This document shows, one piece after another, positions 18,571-28,092 of a stretch of DNA of 32,000 nucleotides. The DNA comes from Acaryochloris marina S15 (lineage in GTDB: Bacteria > Cyanobacteriota > Cyanobacteriia > Thermosynechococcales > Thermosynechococcaceae). A program made the translations under genes and the position numbers. Positions within the stretch are counted from its first letter, which is position 1; each line of letters opens with the position of its first letter. Below the pieces are notes generated by a model. The model saw only the letters and a list, made by a program, of their open reading frames with translations. It was not told the origin of the DNA and ran no database searches. Location: assembly GCF_018336915.1 (NCBI RefSeq), contig NZ_CP064923.1, forward strand, positions 1,800,001 to 1,832,000, given 5' to 3'.

Positions 18571-19605
18571 TTAGCTCATCGATGGGAAGTCATCGAGATA
18601 GTCGCTGACATCGGCATCTGGTAAGACTAAAGTCGCCCGTTCACTGGCAATGGGCGCTTTGGGCTTTTCAGGGGTAGGTGCAGGGGTGTTGTTTTGCTCT
18701 GGTGCTTCGCTAGAAGTGGGTCCTGCTTGGCTCATCAACGTTTTTAAGAGCTTCCGACTGAGTTCCATATAGGAAGTAGATTGATCCTGCGAAGAGGTTC
18801 TCTCCGGTAAGATGACCTTCTGCATGAGGTACTCAATAGTCTCTTCTTTGACCCAGCCTCTACGAACCAGTACTTCTCCTAGTCGCATACCGGTAATTTG
18901 CTGATCAGCCAGGGCTACTTCGATCTGTGCTGAGGTTAATAGACCCGCTTCCATAAGATAATTACCGAGTTTTTTACTATCGGCAAAGTTCTTTTGGTTG
19001 GCGTTATCTGAGTTTGTTTGAGGGACGAGCTGGCTTAAATTATCTTCCCAGCCGCATTCTTGGCAATCCCAATAAACGGGAGGTGGGTCTTGCTGAATAT
19101 AGGGGCTGCCACACCGGGGGCACTTGCCTGTAAAGAACGGATGATCCTTGAGGACTTTGAGATCCTCCAAGCTGCTCATATGGAGCAATACTTCAGCGAC
19201 AGACGATCTCTGGGGTGCTGGTGGAGCCTGACGATGGGGTGGAACAGATTGAGAAGGGGCAGGAATATCTGGACGAGCGGCGTTACGGGTGGGTGAGGGA
19301 GCTGAGTTACTTAATCTAAACTCGTGAATGAGGCTGGCTGTCTTTTTCCCAGGATGTGGGTTATAAATCTTGACTGAACTAAACCCAGCAGGATGGAGCA
19401 TTAATAGCTGATCCCGGAGCATTTGGATCAACGTAGATTGCTGTGCCTTTTGAGGGGTATGCAAGAGAATCTGTAAGCAATCGTCTTTATGCTTCACTTT
19501 GATGTGAGCACCTTTGGGCATCAGGTGACGATTGAGTACGACAGCAATAGCTTGTTGATTTCCTTGTTGAGCGAGCTTCAGAATTTTTGTTTGATCAACG
19601 TCCAC
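18571..19605 (-). CDS. Hypothetical protein with CxxC...CxxC zinc ribbon and an MshEN-like (T2SSE_N-type) putative c-di-GMP-binding module
   Basis: 344 aa. The zinc ribbon is CPRCGSPYIQQDPPPVYWDCQEC (aa 162-184). KLGNYLMEAGLLTSAQIEVALADQ, a 5-aa spacer and RLGEVLVRRGWVKEETIEYLMQKV (aa 212-264) follow. Pro-rich linkers flank these modules. Confidence 0.7.
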   Translation of the reverse strand: MDVDQTKILKLAQQGNQQAIAVVLNRHLMPKGAHIKVKHKDDCLQILLHTPQKAQQSTLIQMLRDQLLMLHPAGFSSVKIYNPHPGKKTASLIHEFRLSNSAPSPTRNAARPDIPAPSQSVPPHRQAPPAPQRSSVAEVLLHMSSLEDLKVLKDHPFFTGKCPRCGSPYIQQDPPPVYWDCQECGWEDNLSQLVPQTNSDNANQKNFADSKKLGNYLMEAGLLTSAQIEVALADQQITGMRLGEVLVRRGWVKEETIEYLMQKVILPERTSSQDQSTSYMELSRKLLKTLMSQAGPTSSEAPEQNNTPAPTPEKPKAPIASERATLVLPDADVSDYLDDFPSMS

Positions 19606-19980
19606 TACAAATTTCTACCCTAGATTTGCTGTTCTCACCTATAGTTATCCTACCCATTACAGGGTGTGAAATATCTTAGTTCTTGAAATATCATCAATAT
19701 GGTGGGTCATGGTGACTGAATTCCGCCTTGGATTAGTTTCCCTCGAGAGGTTAAACATTCAATCACAAGTATCTGTTAACCTAACAGACGATAGCCAACA
19801 AGAATAAATGGACATTTAGTTCTCTGTATGTCCAGATTCTAAAGCCAATCTAGGTTATTGACCACACTGATGTAGAAAGACTGAAGTTTTATTATTTTAA
19901 GACCTCATGGTTTTCTTCTCGGCTAGCGATCCACCGATTTCGCTGAGTTAATATTTGTAGTTTTTCTTTTTTCCCTTATT

Positions 19981-20724
19981 GTGAATAACCTGCGTACTGT
20001 TTCTGACACAAAACGAGCTTTTTACTCTATCCATACCCGTCCTGTGAATTCAGTGTATCGAAGGGTGGTGGAGGAGCTCATGGTAGAGATGCATCTACTG
20101 CGGGTAAATGAAGATTTTCGCTACGATCCTATTTTTGCCTTGGGCGTGACCACCTCCTTTGACCGGTTTATGGATGGGTATCAGCCTGAGAATGATAAAG
20201 ACACAATTTTTAGCGCTTTGTGTAAGGCCCAGGAAGCCGATCCAGTGCAAATGCAGAAGGATGGCCAGCGTTTAACAGAATTGGCCCAGTCGAAATCTGC
20301 CCAGGAAATGTTGGATTGGATTACCCAAGCGGCTAATTCCGGGGGTGATGAGCTGCAGTGGCAGCTAAGGAATATTGCTCAAAATCCTAAGTTTAAGTAC
20401 AGCCGCCTGTTTGCGATTGGGTTGTTTACCCTTTTAGAACTCAGTGAAGGGAACATCACTCAAGATGAAGAATCTTTGGCAGAGTTTCTGCCTAATATTT
20501 GTACAGTGCTCAATATTTCTGAGAGTAAGCTGCAAAAGGATTTAGAAATCTATCGAGGGAATTTGGACAAAATTGCCCAAGTTCGTCAGGCCATGGATGA
20601 TATTTTGGAAGCTCAAAAGAAGCGTAGAGATGCAGACCAGGCTAAGCAAGAAGGTTCTGATGATACACCTGCTGCCGAGGCTAGTACCCCAGATTCTGAA
20701 CCTACGTCTGAGGTCTCCAGTTAA
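19981..20724 (+). CDS. thf1: Thylakoid formation protein Thf1 / Psb29
   Basis: The N-terminus (NNLRTVSDTKRAFYSIHTRPVNSVYRRVVEELMVEMHLL) closely matches the Thf1 family. The tail is acidic and S/T-rich. GTG start. Confidence 0.88.
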   Translation: MNNLRTVSDTKRAFYSIHTRPVNSVYRRVVEELMVEMHLLRVNEDFRYDPIFALGVTTSFDRFMDGYQPENDKDTIFSALCKAQEADPVQMQKDGQRLTELAQSKSAQEMLDWITQAANSGGDELQWQLRNIAQNPKFKYSRLFAIGLFTLLELSEGNITQDEESLAEFLPNICTVLNISESKLQKDLEIYRGNLDKIAQVRQAMDDILEAQKKRRDADQAKQEGSDDTPAAEASTPDSEPTSEVSS

Positions 20725-20749
20725 TTTTCTGTCTTAACGGAGTAATACC

Positions 20750-21712
20750 ATGACCGCATCTGTCTGCCTTATTCCGGCCCATAGCTATGAGCAATCTTCT
20801 CTAAAGGAATCTTTAGAATCGGTTCTTGCCCCTTTGGGAGGGATGACAAAATTTGTCACTCCAGGTGATCGGGTTTTACTTAAACCTAATTTGTTAACGG
20901 GGGGACGTCCCCAGAACGAATGTACGACTCGGCCTGAATTGGTTGCGAGGGTGGCGGAGATGGTCATAGCAGCTGGTGGTCATCCTTTTATTGGTGATAG
21001 TCCGGCTTTTGGGAGTGCTCGGGGTGTTGCAGAAGCCAATGGTTACGAACCTCTGTTAACGGCCCTCGATATCCCCATTGTGGAGTTACATGGCGGTCGT
21101 TATCCCACAGAGAGCCAGACCTTTGATCATCTGAGACTGTCGAAAGAGGCGATGGAAGCGGATGTGATTATTAATCTGCCGAAGGTGAAGTCCCATGTCC
21201 AGCTCACGATGACGTTGGGGGTCAAGAATTTATTTGGCTGTGTTCCCGGCAAAATGAAAGCCTGGTGGCATATGGAGGCGGGGAAGGATGTGGATCGGTT
21301 TGGGGAAATGCTGGTCGAAACAGCCCGAACCCTAGCTCCTAACCTGACTATTGTGGATGGCATCATTGCCCATGAAGGTAATGGCCCTAGTAACGGTGAT
21401 CCTAGGCGCTTAGGGATAATGGCGGCTTCTGAGGATGTCTTTGCGTTAGACCGAGCTATTTTGAAGATGTTGCAGGTGGAACCAGAACAAGTGCCCACAA
21501 TGGCAGCAGCTCTTCGTCTGGGATATTGTCCAGATTGGCAAGATATTCAGTTTCTTTTATGTCATCCCCATGATTTGCAGGTCACGGATTGGCGGTTGCC
21601 AGATCATTTGATGCCCATTGATTTTGGGGCACCTCGGGTTCTACGGTCGACTTTCAAGCATCTCTATATCCGCTGGATTAAAGAACCCATGACAGCCTAT
21701 GCTCAGCGGTAG
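20750..21712 (+). CDS. DUF362 domain-containing protein
   Basis: 320 aa. The patterns LKPNLL, IINLPKVKSHVQLTMTLGVKNLFGCVPG and DGIIAHEGNGP are typical of DUF362. Function is unknown. Confidence 0.65.
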   Translation: MTASVCLIPAHSYEQSSLKESLESVLAPLGGMTKFVTPGDRVLLKPNLLTGGRPQNECTTRPELVARVAEMVIAAGGHPFIGDSPAFGSARGVAEANGYEPLLTALDIPIVELHGGRYPTESQTFDHLRLSKEAMEADVIINLPKVKSHVQLTMTLGVKNLFGCVPGKMKAWWHMEAGKDVDRFGEMLVETARTLAPNLTIVDGIIAHEGNGPSNGDPRRLGIMAASEDVFALDRAILKMLQVEPEQVPTMAAALRLGYCPDWQDIQFLLCHPHDLQVTDWRLPDHLMPIDFGAPRVLRSTFKHLYIRWIKEPMTAYAQR

Positions 21713-21732
21713 GTGACGATAGCTTTATAACG

Positions 21733-22368
21733 TTGACGCAGATCTGCTGGTTAAAGACGGTGAGACATCATCGGGCCATTGGTATGATTCGGGCTTCTGA
21801 ATTGGCCTTGGGGTTTCGCATGGCTGAGGCGATTGCCCAAGCCGGTATGATGCTGATCGAAATTGCCTGGAATAGTGACCAAGCCGCTACCTTGGTGACT
21901 CAGCTTCGGGAAGCCCTACCAGACTGTCAAATTGGTGTGGGAACGATTATGACAGTTGATCAGTTACGAGTTGCGATCGCAGCTGGCGCACAGTTTTGTT
22001 TTTGCCCCCATGTCAACCTAGATATTATTCAGGCGGCAGTGGCTAATGATATTCCCATTATCCCCGGAGCATTGTCCCCCACAGAGATTGTCACGGCCTG
22101 GCAGGCCGGAGCTAGTAGTGTCAAGATTTTTCCCGTGGCAACGATGGGAGGAAGCCAATATATCCAGAGTTTGCAAGGTCCCCTAGGACATATCCCTTTG
22201 ATACCCACGGGTGGTGTGACGTTAGAGAATGCTGTGGCCCTGATTGAAGCAGGGGCTGTGGGGGTGGGGTTATCGAGTTACTTATTTCCCAAGGGGGCAC
22301 TCCAAGCTGGGGATTGGCCAGCAATTACCCGCAGAACAGAGCAGCTATTGCAGCAATTGCAGCCGTGA
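21733..22368 (+). CDS. eda: KDPG / 4-hydroxy-2-oxoglutarate aldolase
   Basis: LIEIAWNS, IGVGTIMT, IPGALSPTEI and VKIFPV are Eda-family TIM-barrel motifs. The start is ambiguous (TTG at 21733 or GTG at 21760). Confidence 0.8.
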   Translation: MTQICWLKTVRHHRAIGMIRASELALGFRMAEAIAQAGMMLIEIAWNSDQAATLVTQLREALPDCQIGVGTIMTVDQLRVAIAAGAQFCFCPHVNLDIIQAAVANDIPIIPGALSPTEIVTAWQAGASSVKIFPVATMGGSQYIQSLQGPLGHIPLIPTGGVTLENAVALIEAGAVGVGLSSYLFPKGALQAGDWPAITRRTEQLLQQLQP

Positions 22369-22481
22369 TTAATGGCGGAGCTTATCGGGTCAAACAGTGC
22401 GCTGGTGAGGTTGGTTACAATGACGGGGAGCGATATCTTGGGTAATGAATAACTATCGTGTTGATACTGGGGAGCTGAGAC

Positions 22482-23066
22482 ATGATTGCCAAAGCAGAGT
22501 TACTGGCTGCGATCGCAGGTACAAATCGAGGTGTGATCACTACAGAAGCCAATCGCAGTTTAGTTCTGGATAAAGTCGTTCAGCTCGAAGTTCAAAATCC
22601 TACGCCACAACCCTTAAGCGAACAAGAACTACTCAGTGGTGTTTGGCGGTTAATTTATACAACGAGTCCTGATTTGCTGGGTTTGGCACGACTACCCGTG
22701 GTGCCTGCAGGGCCGATTTATCAATGTATTCGAGGTCAGGAACTAAAGCTGTATAACGTTTTGGAGTTGCAGGGTATCCCGTTCTTAGAGGGTGTGCTTT
22801 GTGTGGCAGCTCGGCTGACCCCCGTATCAGAGCGACGGGTCCAAGTCAATTTTGAGCGCTCTATTTTGGGGGTGAAGGGGTTAATGAATTATCCTTCCTT
22901 GGATGTCTTGATTTCTCGTTTGGAGACTCAGAGCCCAGTTGCAGCCCTCTCAATGCCCTTAGATGCCGATCGTTCAGCAGGCTGGCTAGAAACGACCTAT
23001 TTAGACGAGGACTTGCGCATTGGCCGGGGCAATAATGATAGCCTCTTTGTGTTGACAAGAGTCTAA
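22482..23066 (+). CDS. PAP/fibrillin-family (plastid lipid-associated) protein
   Basis: LSGVWRLIYTTSPDLL and the C-terminal YLDEDLRIGRGNNDSLFVL are fibrillin family signatures. Confidence 0.8.
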   Translation: MIAKAELLAAIAGTNRGVITTEANRSLVLDKVVQLEVQNPTPQPLSEQELLSGVWRLIYTTSPDLLGLARLPVVPAGPIYQCIRGQELKLYNVLELQGIPFLEGVLCVAARLTPVSERRVQVNFERSILGVKGLMNYPSLDVLISRLETQSPVAALSMPLDADRSAGWLETTYLDEDLRIGRGNNDSLFVLTRV

Positions 23067-23069
23067 AGG

Positions 23070-24161
23070 TTGAGGATGGCCCGACCCACTTTATATGCAG
23101 CGATTACCAACCATGGCTTTGGTCATGCCACTCGCACTGCAGCGGTCTTAGCAGAAATTCAGCGGTTGGTCCCCGATGTGCTCCTGATTGTGGTCACGAG
23201 TGCCCCTCGATGGCTGATTGAGTCCTATCTGCCTGGAGACTTTATTTACCGTTCTCGGGTCTTTGATGTAGGAGTGATTCAGAAGGATGGTCTGAATATG
23301 AATATTCCTGCCACCCTGACGCAGCTGCAGGCAATTCGTACCTATCAACAACGGTTAGTTGCTGGTGAAGTGGACTATATCAAGCAGACCGGCGCCCAGC
23401 TTGTTTTAGCCGATATTCCCCCATTGGCGAGTGTGATTGCTGAAAAAGCAGGGATTCCCTGCTGGATGGCCAGCAACTTTGGCTGGGATTTGATCTATGA
23501 GCAGTGGGGAGAGGATTTTGCGGAAATTGTGGAATGGGTGCGAGAGTGTTTCGGCAAATGCGATCGCTTATTTCGCCTCCCGTTTCACGAGCCCATGTCA
23601 GCATTCTCCAACATTACAGATATCGGCCTGACAGGGGCTTCACCTCGCTATACCACCCTTGAATTGCGCCGTGTTTTTGGGATTACAGCTGACCCAGAAA
23701 AGACCGTTCTGCTCAGCTTTGGTGGACTGGGGCTCGCTAAAATTCCCTACCGCAATCTTCAGCAGTTTCCAGATTGGCAATTTATTACCTTTGATCGCCT
23801 TGCCCCAGATATCTATACCAACCTAATCAAGGTTACGGATAGCAAATATCGGCCAGTGGATATGATGCCTTTATGTAGTCGCATTATCAGCAAGCCGGGT
23901 TATGGCACCTTTGCTGAAGCCTGTAGGCTTGACATTCCCATTATTTCCATCCCTCGGGATGATTTTGCTGAAGCGCAATTTCTATTAACGGGGCTACAAG
24001 ACCATAACCATCATTATTTACTGGCAGAAAATGAGTTTACTGAAAGCCAGTGGGAGTTTTTGTTTCAGCCTTTACTGCCACCGCGGAAAGAAACATCCCT
24101 GCCCAAAGATGGGACACATACTTTGGCAACGGCTGTGATCAATTATCTGTATCAGGACTAG
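23070..24161 (+). CDS. GT-B-fold glycosyltransferase-like protein (MurG/GT28-GT1-like)
   Basis: The N-terminus has NHGFGHATR. The C-terminal ISKPGYGTFAEACRLDIPIISIPR resembles the nucleotide-sugar-binding segment of GT-B enzymes. The start is the TTG at 23070 or the ATG at 23076. Confidence 0.45.
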   Translation: MRMARPTLYAAITNHGFGHATRTAAVLAEIQRLVPDVLLIVVTSAPRWLIESYLPGDFIYRSRVFDVGVIQKDGLNMNIPATLTQLQAIRTYQQRLVAGEVDYIKQTGAQLVLADIPPLASVIAEKAGIPCWMASNFGWDLIYEQWGEDFAEIVEWVRECFGKCDRLFRLPFHEPMSAFSNITDIGLTGASPRYTTLELRRVFGITADPEKTVLLSFGGLGLAKIPYRNLQQFPDWQFITFDRLAPDIYTNLIKVTDSKYRPVDMMPLCSRIISKPGYGTFAEACRLDIPIISIPRDDFAEAQFLLTGLQDHNHHYLLAENEFTESQWEFLFQPLLPPRKETSLPKDGTHTLATAVINYLYQD

Positions 24162-24175
24162 CTCTGGAATTGGTT

Positions 24176-24547
24176 TTACATTAAATGCTTCAGACGACGA
24201 AGTCGATCGGAATAACTCCGCATTACTTCAATGGCAAACATAGGAGTATTTTGGATCGCAAAAAGAAATCGCTCCTGATTCAAGTACACCAGGCTACAGT
24301 CACTTCGAGCAATAGCAGTCGAGGCTCTTGTTCCAGAGGGTTGAACTAACGCTCCTTCTCCAAAGACATCTCCTGCCTGAATGGTTTCGACGACCTTGCC
24401 TTTGACGACTAAATCTACTTTTCCAGTTAATAGCCCAAACATGACTTCACCGGCTTCGCCTTCTGCAAATATAGTGTCTCCTGCTTTCTTAAACAGGGGA
24501 GCATCGGCTTTATGAAAGATACTGACGGTTCTTGCAGGTTCTGCCAT
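24176..24547 (-). CDS. Stand-alone cyclic-nucleotide-binding (cNMP/CAP-family) domain protein
   Basis: 123 aa consisting of a cNMP-binding beta-roll only (FAEGEAGEVMFGLLTGKV, GDVFGEGALV, RASTAIA). No effector or DNA-binding domain is attached. Confidence 0.75.
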   Translation of the reverse strand: MAEPARTVSIFHKADAPLFKKAGDTIFAEGEAGEVMFGLLTGKVDLVVKGKVVETIQAGDVFGEGALVQPSGTRASTAIARSDCSLVYLNQERFLFAIQNTPMFAIEVMRSYSDRLRRLKHLM

Positions 24548-25014
24548 AGGAACGCTAAATCTCCTTAGATTATTTCAAGGGTACGTCAAAATCTTCAGAT
24601 CTGCTTTGTACCCATTGAGTTAATTACATAAATTAAATGTCAATGAATTTTATTGAGTTCTGTATGTTTCACTGTCGGAGAGCCAAAAGAAATATTTTTC
24701 TCAGCATGTCTCAAGGTCTAATTGAACAAACCAAAACTTGTTGGAAGTCAAAAGAGATATAGCATGTTCCACACCAGGAGAACCGTGATCGATTGGCTTA
24801 GGTTTGGTTAAGGGTCAAATATGGCAGCTCACGTTGATGCTTAGTCCCAACATGATTGCGGGCATACTCTAAACGTCCACATTTTTATCACTTTTGATGG
24901 TACCAATAGAGCCGAATCCCTATTGGAATGTGGATGAGATAGTTGCTTTTTTTCTGACCTATCTCAGTTCCAAGTTTGTTGGATTGTTTCTGCTGGCGTA
25001 ATCTCTATCAACTC

Positions 25015-25605
25015 ATGCAATACCCATTAACTCTTAAATTCAAGCTATGGGCCTTCGCCCCTCAGATTTTTGTAACTGATAATACGGGCAGTCTTGTCCT
25101 TTATGTTAAACAGAAGTTGTTTAAGTTAAAAGAGCAAATTACTGTCTGTGCAGATGAGGCTCAAACCCAGCAGCTTTATAGTATTGGTGCCGATCGGATT
25201 ATCGATTTCTCGGCTCGGTATCATTTCCGCGATCGCACAGGCCAAGAACTCGGCTCCGTCAAGCGCAAAGGCATGAAGTCTATCTGGAAAGCCCATTACG
25301 ATATTGCTGCAGGGCAGTCAGAAGTCCCGGCACTATCCATCCATGAGGAGAACCCCTGGGTCAAAATCATGGATGCGCTATTTGCCGAAATTCCCATTAT
25401 TGGTATGTTTACGGGCTATCTTTTTAACCCCACTTATTTAGTGACTCGACCCGATGGCACTGTGGTAATGCGCTTTAGTAAAGTACCTGCCTTCTTGTCT
25501 CGCATCTTTACGATCAAGCAGGTTGATCAGATGACTGAAGATGAACAGCAAATGGTGGTTTTAAGCTTGTTAATGATGATTTTGTTAGAGCGTCATCGGG
25601 GCTAA
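25015..25605 (+). CDS. Hypothetical protein, possibly LURP-one/scramblase-like (tubby-like fold with C-terminal hydrophobic helix)
   Basis: Alternating beta-strand pattern and a terminal hydrophobic helix (VVLSLLMMILLE). The family call is weak and from memory. I set the start at the ATG at 25015 rather than the TTG at 24976. Confidence 0.5.
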   Translation: MQYPLTLKFKLWAFAPQIFVTDNTGSLVLYVKQKLFKLKEQITVCADEAQTQQLYSIGADRIIDFSARYHFRDRTGQELGSVKRKGMKSIWKAHYDIAAGQSEVPALSIHEENPWVKIMDALFAEIPIIGMFTGYLFNPTYLVTRPDGTVVMRFSKVPAFLSRIFTIKQVDQMTEDEQQMVVLSLLMMILLERHRG

Positions 25606-25606
25606 A

Positions 25607-27559
25607 TCACTCATGAAAATCGGCTTCCCATACCCCGATGTAGATCCGATCTTTGTCATTGCGTTGAATGATACCTTTTAGCTCACCCACCCGAAACTCA
25701 TATTCCTGGGCCTGTCTTTGGTAAATCAAAGTCAGTTGTTCTACCACTTTTGCTGGGGGACGGTCTTTGAGCATTCCTTGCAGGGCTAATCGGAGGGGGC
25801 TGAGTCCTACTGTTTGGGCAAAGGCTGCTTCAGTTTGTCGCAGCCGTTGGGTATCCGCATCCAACAAGAAGCCAAAGTCTGTTTGATGGGGTTGGAGGTT
25901 TTTGTACAACAGTCCATAACTATTCGGCCAGTAACCTGGACTTTTCAAGGTTGGGGGACCTAATGCAGCCTGGATATCTGTTTCGGTTACCCCGACACTA
26001 AAAACCGGTACGCTTTTGTTTTCAGCAATCAATACAACGCCACCAGAAGCATTGGGTGGCATTGATTCTATGGGAGCCGGGGTCGGTTTAGGTGAAGGAG
26101 CTGAGGCGGATGGACGCTCCTCGGTCTGGGTTGGTTGTACAGGAGATTGAGGTGAGTTTGAGGGTTGGTTGGCTGGGACTAGAACTTCTGGTGGAGCCAG
26201 CTCTACTTGGGGCTGGCGATGTCTAGAAAACCCCCAAAGAGCACAACTAATTCCCAAAACACCCACCAGAAAGATACCTATGGGTTTCCAATACTTGCTG
26301 ATTGGTCCCACAGAATCAGCTCCTGGGGGTTGTTCAGAACGCAGGGAAACCGCTTCAGAGACTGTTGCTGTTGAGAGAGAATCTTCGGTTTCTAGGGGAT
26401 CTAGGATTTGAGAGATCTGTTGCTCTAGCCAAATCTGATCAAATACCAATCGATAGATTTGGTTGGCCACTTTAACTTGCTGGCCGTCCTGAACGAGCAG
26501 CCCCAAACGCAACAACTCGGTTTCTTCTTCTGCTTGGGTAGATTGGGCTTGTAACTGATGCCAAACGACTTGATAGTAGGTCAATAAATCAATGGGATCA
26601 CAGGTTGAATTCTGAAGAATTTGTGCTTCAAGGCTGCTGAGATGTTTGGTGGCAAAGCCTGATCGCCAATGATGAATAATTTGGTTCTGAACAAGCTGCT
26701 CAACAACAGCGGATTCTTCTCCAGCTCTAACAAAGGAACCGGTGCGGACGAGGTGAGCGACTTTTTGGTTGAGTACAGAGTGATTGTTGGTCCAGGTGAG
26801 AATGGCTTCTAAAAGCCGATAGGGATAGGCTCCAGCTTTACTCAGATTGAGAAATTGGAGTCTGATCTTGTCGTAGGGATGGAGTTTTTTTCGTTCTCTC
26901 TGAATCCACTCAGGGTTAAAAACGGACCGAAACAGGGGATGGGCAATGATGAGGCGATTGTTGCGAAGGGTGACTAGTTCTAGGTTAAGCAGGGCTGTTT
27001 GTTCTAGGTCTCCGGTGAAGGGAATGTCGTACTGGGTGAGAATTTGTTCGTAAATTTGGAGGAGGGAGTAAGGGTTGGCGAGTTCATTCTCTAATAAATA
27101 CTCCCGCAGATGCTGCCAATATTCTGGGGTATTGAAATTGATGGCCTGATCTGTTTCGGATGGTTGGGATTGGGGGATATCCTGGAGATGGGTTAGGAAA
27201 AAGTTAATGGTTTTGAGTTTGATCCAACCATTGGCTACGGCCAAGACGCCAAACCGGAGTTGAGTTAGGTTTTGTTGTTCTAGGAGGTAGTCAATTTGGG
27301 TGTCGGTGAGTAGGTGGGCTTGGCGTAGATATTGCCCGATAGGTAACAGATCCGGATCGTGAAAGAGGGTAGGCCATTGTTCGGCGAAGAAATCAGCCGT
27401 GGGTTCGTGGAGCCAGCCATGTTCGCAGAGGAGATCGCCGAGGCGATGTTGATTGATAGTTTGTTCTTGTAGGGCAAGACTAACTTGAGCGGCAGAGACT
27501 AATCCGGCTTGTTGGAGGACGATTCCAAGAGGGTGAGTGGTAGTAGGTGCTGAAGGCAT
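25607..27559 (-). CDS. Single-pass membrane protein with two tandem MshEN-like modules, winged-helix-like repeats, a Pro-rich linker and an extracytoplasmic C-terminal domain
   Basis: MshEN-like modules at aa 19-70 and 82-134 of the 659-aa ORF. Two copies of an L..LGLV....V.N.IYR.VF...W-type segment follow. The TM helix is IGIFLVGVLGISCALWGF (aa 435-453), followed by a P/S/Q-rich linker. The start is the ATG at 27559 or the TTG at 27586. Confidence 0.75.
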   Translation of the reverse strand: MPSAPTTTHPLGIVLQQAGLVSAAQVSLALQEQTINQHRLGDLLCEHGWLHEPTADFFAEQWPTLFHDPDLLPIGQYLRQAHLLTDTQIDYLLEQQNLTQLRFGVLAVANGWIKLKTINFFLTHLQDIPQSQPSETDQAINFNTPEYWQHLREYLLENELANPYSLLQIYEQILTQYDIPFTGDLEQTALLNLELVTLRNNRLIIAHPLFRSVFNPEWIQRERKKLHPYDKIRLQFLNLSKAGAYPYRLLEAILTWTNNHSVLNQKVAHLVRTGSFVRAGEESAVVEQLVQNQIIHHWRSGFATKHLSSLEAQILQNSTCDPIDLLTYYQVVWHQLQAQSTQAEEETELLRLGLLVQDGQQVKVANQIYRLVFDQIWLEQQISQILDPLETEDSLSTATVSEAVSLRSEQPPGADSVGPISKYWKPIGIFLVGVLGISCALWGFSRHRQPQVELAPPEVLVPANQPSNSPQSPVQPTQTEERPSASAPSPKPTPAPIESMPPNASGGVVLIAENKSVPVFSVGVTETDIQAALGPPTLKSPGYWPNSYGLLYKNLQPHQTDFGFLLDADTQRLRQTEAAFAQTVGLSPLRLALQGMLKDRPPAKVVEQLTLIYQRQAQEYEFRVGELKGIIQRNDKDRIYIGVWEADFHE

Positions 27560-28092
27560 GATGATGATCAGCTTAGGGGCTGTCAATCAGGGCGTTGGAT
27601 ACTATGACTCTAGACTATTGAATAAGTTCTAGCTATAAAATTATTTCGAAAGATTAAATTAGATGGTCGATTGAATAAATTATTGGCAGAAGAGAATCTA
27701 GTGGATTTGCTGGGTGAGGAGGGCTAATCGGCTATCGATTAGCATTTTACTAGTGGAAGTACAAATGTTTGTATCTAATTTCGTTTGCTGTAAGACGGGA
27801 ATAGGGAGTCGATAATTACCCCTAAAGAAATAGCTATTCTAAATTTGATAGTTATTCGTTGGTCAATATTGCGTAATTCTTTCTATTGACTCTGAAGAAA
27901 GAGTAGCACTTCAAATAAGGAATTATAGGGAATTTAAGTTAGGTCAAATTTATGTTGGTAGGCCATAGTATTTTTAGTGCTGAGAGATAAATAGTGCTAT
28001 TGGTACTGCCATACTTATGCCCTTAGCTAACAACCCCAATATCTTAAAGAAATGCTGATTAATTGTATAAAGACTGGAATTGAGGATGAATT

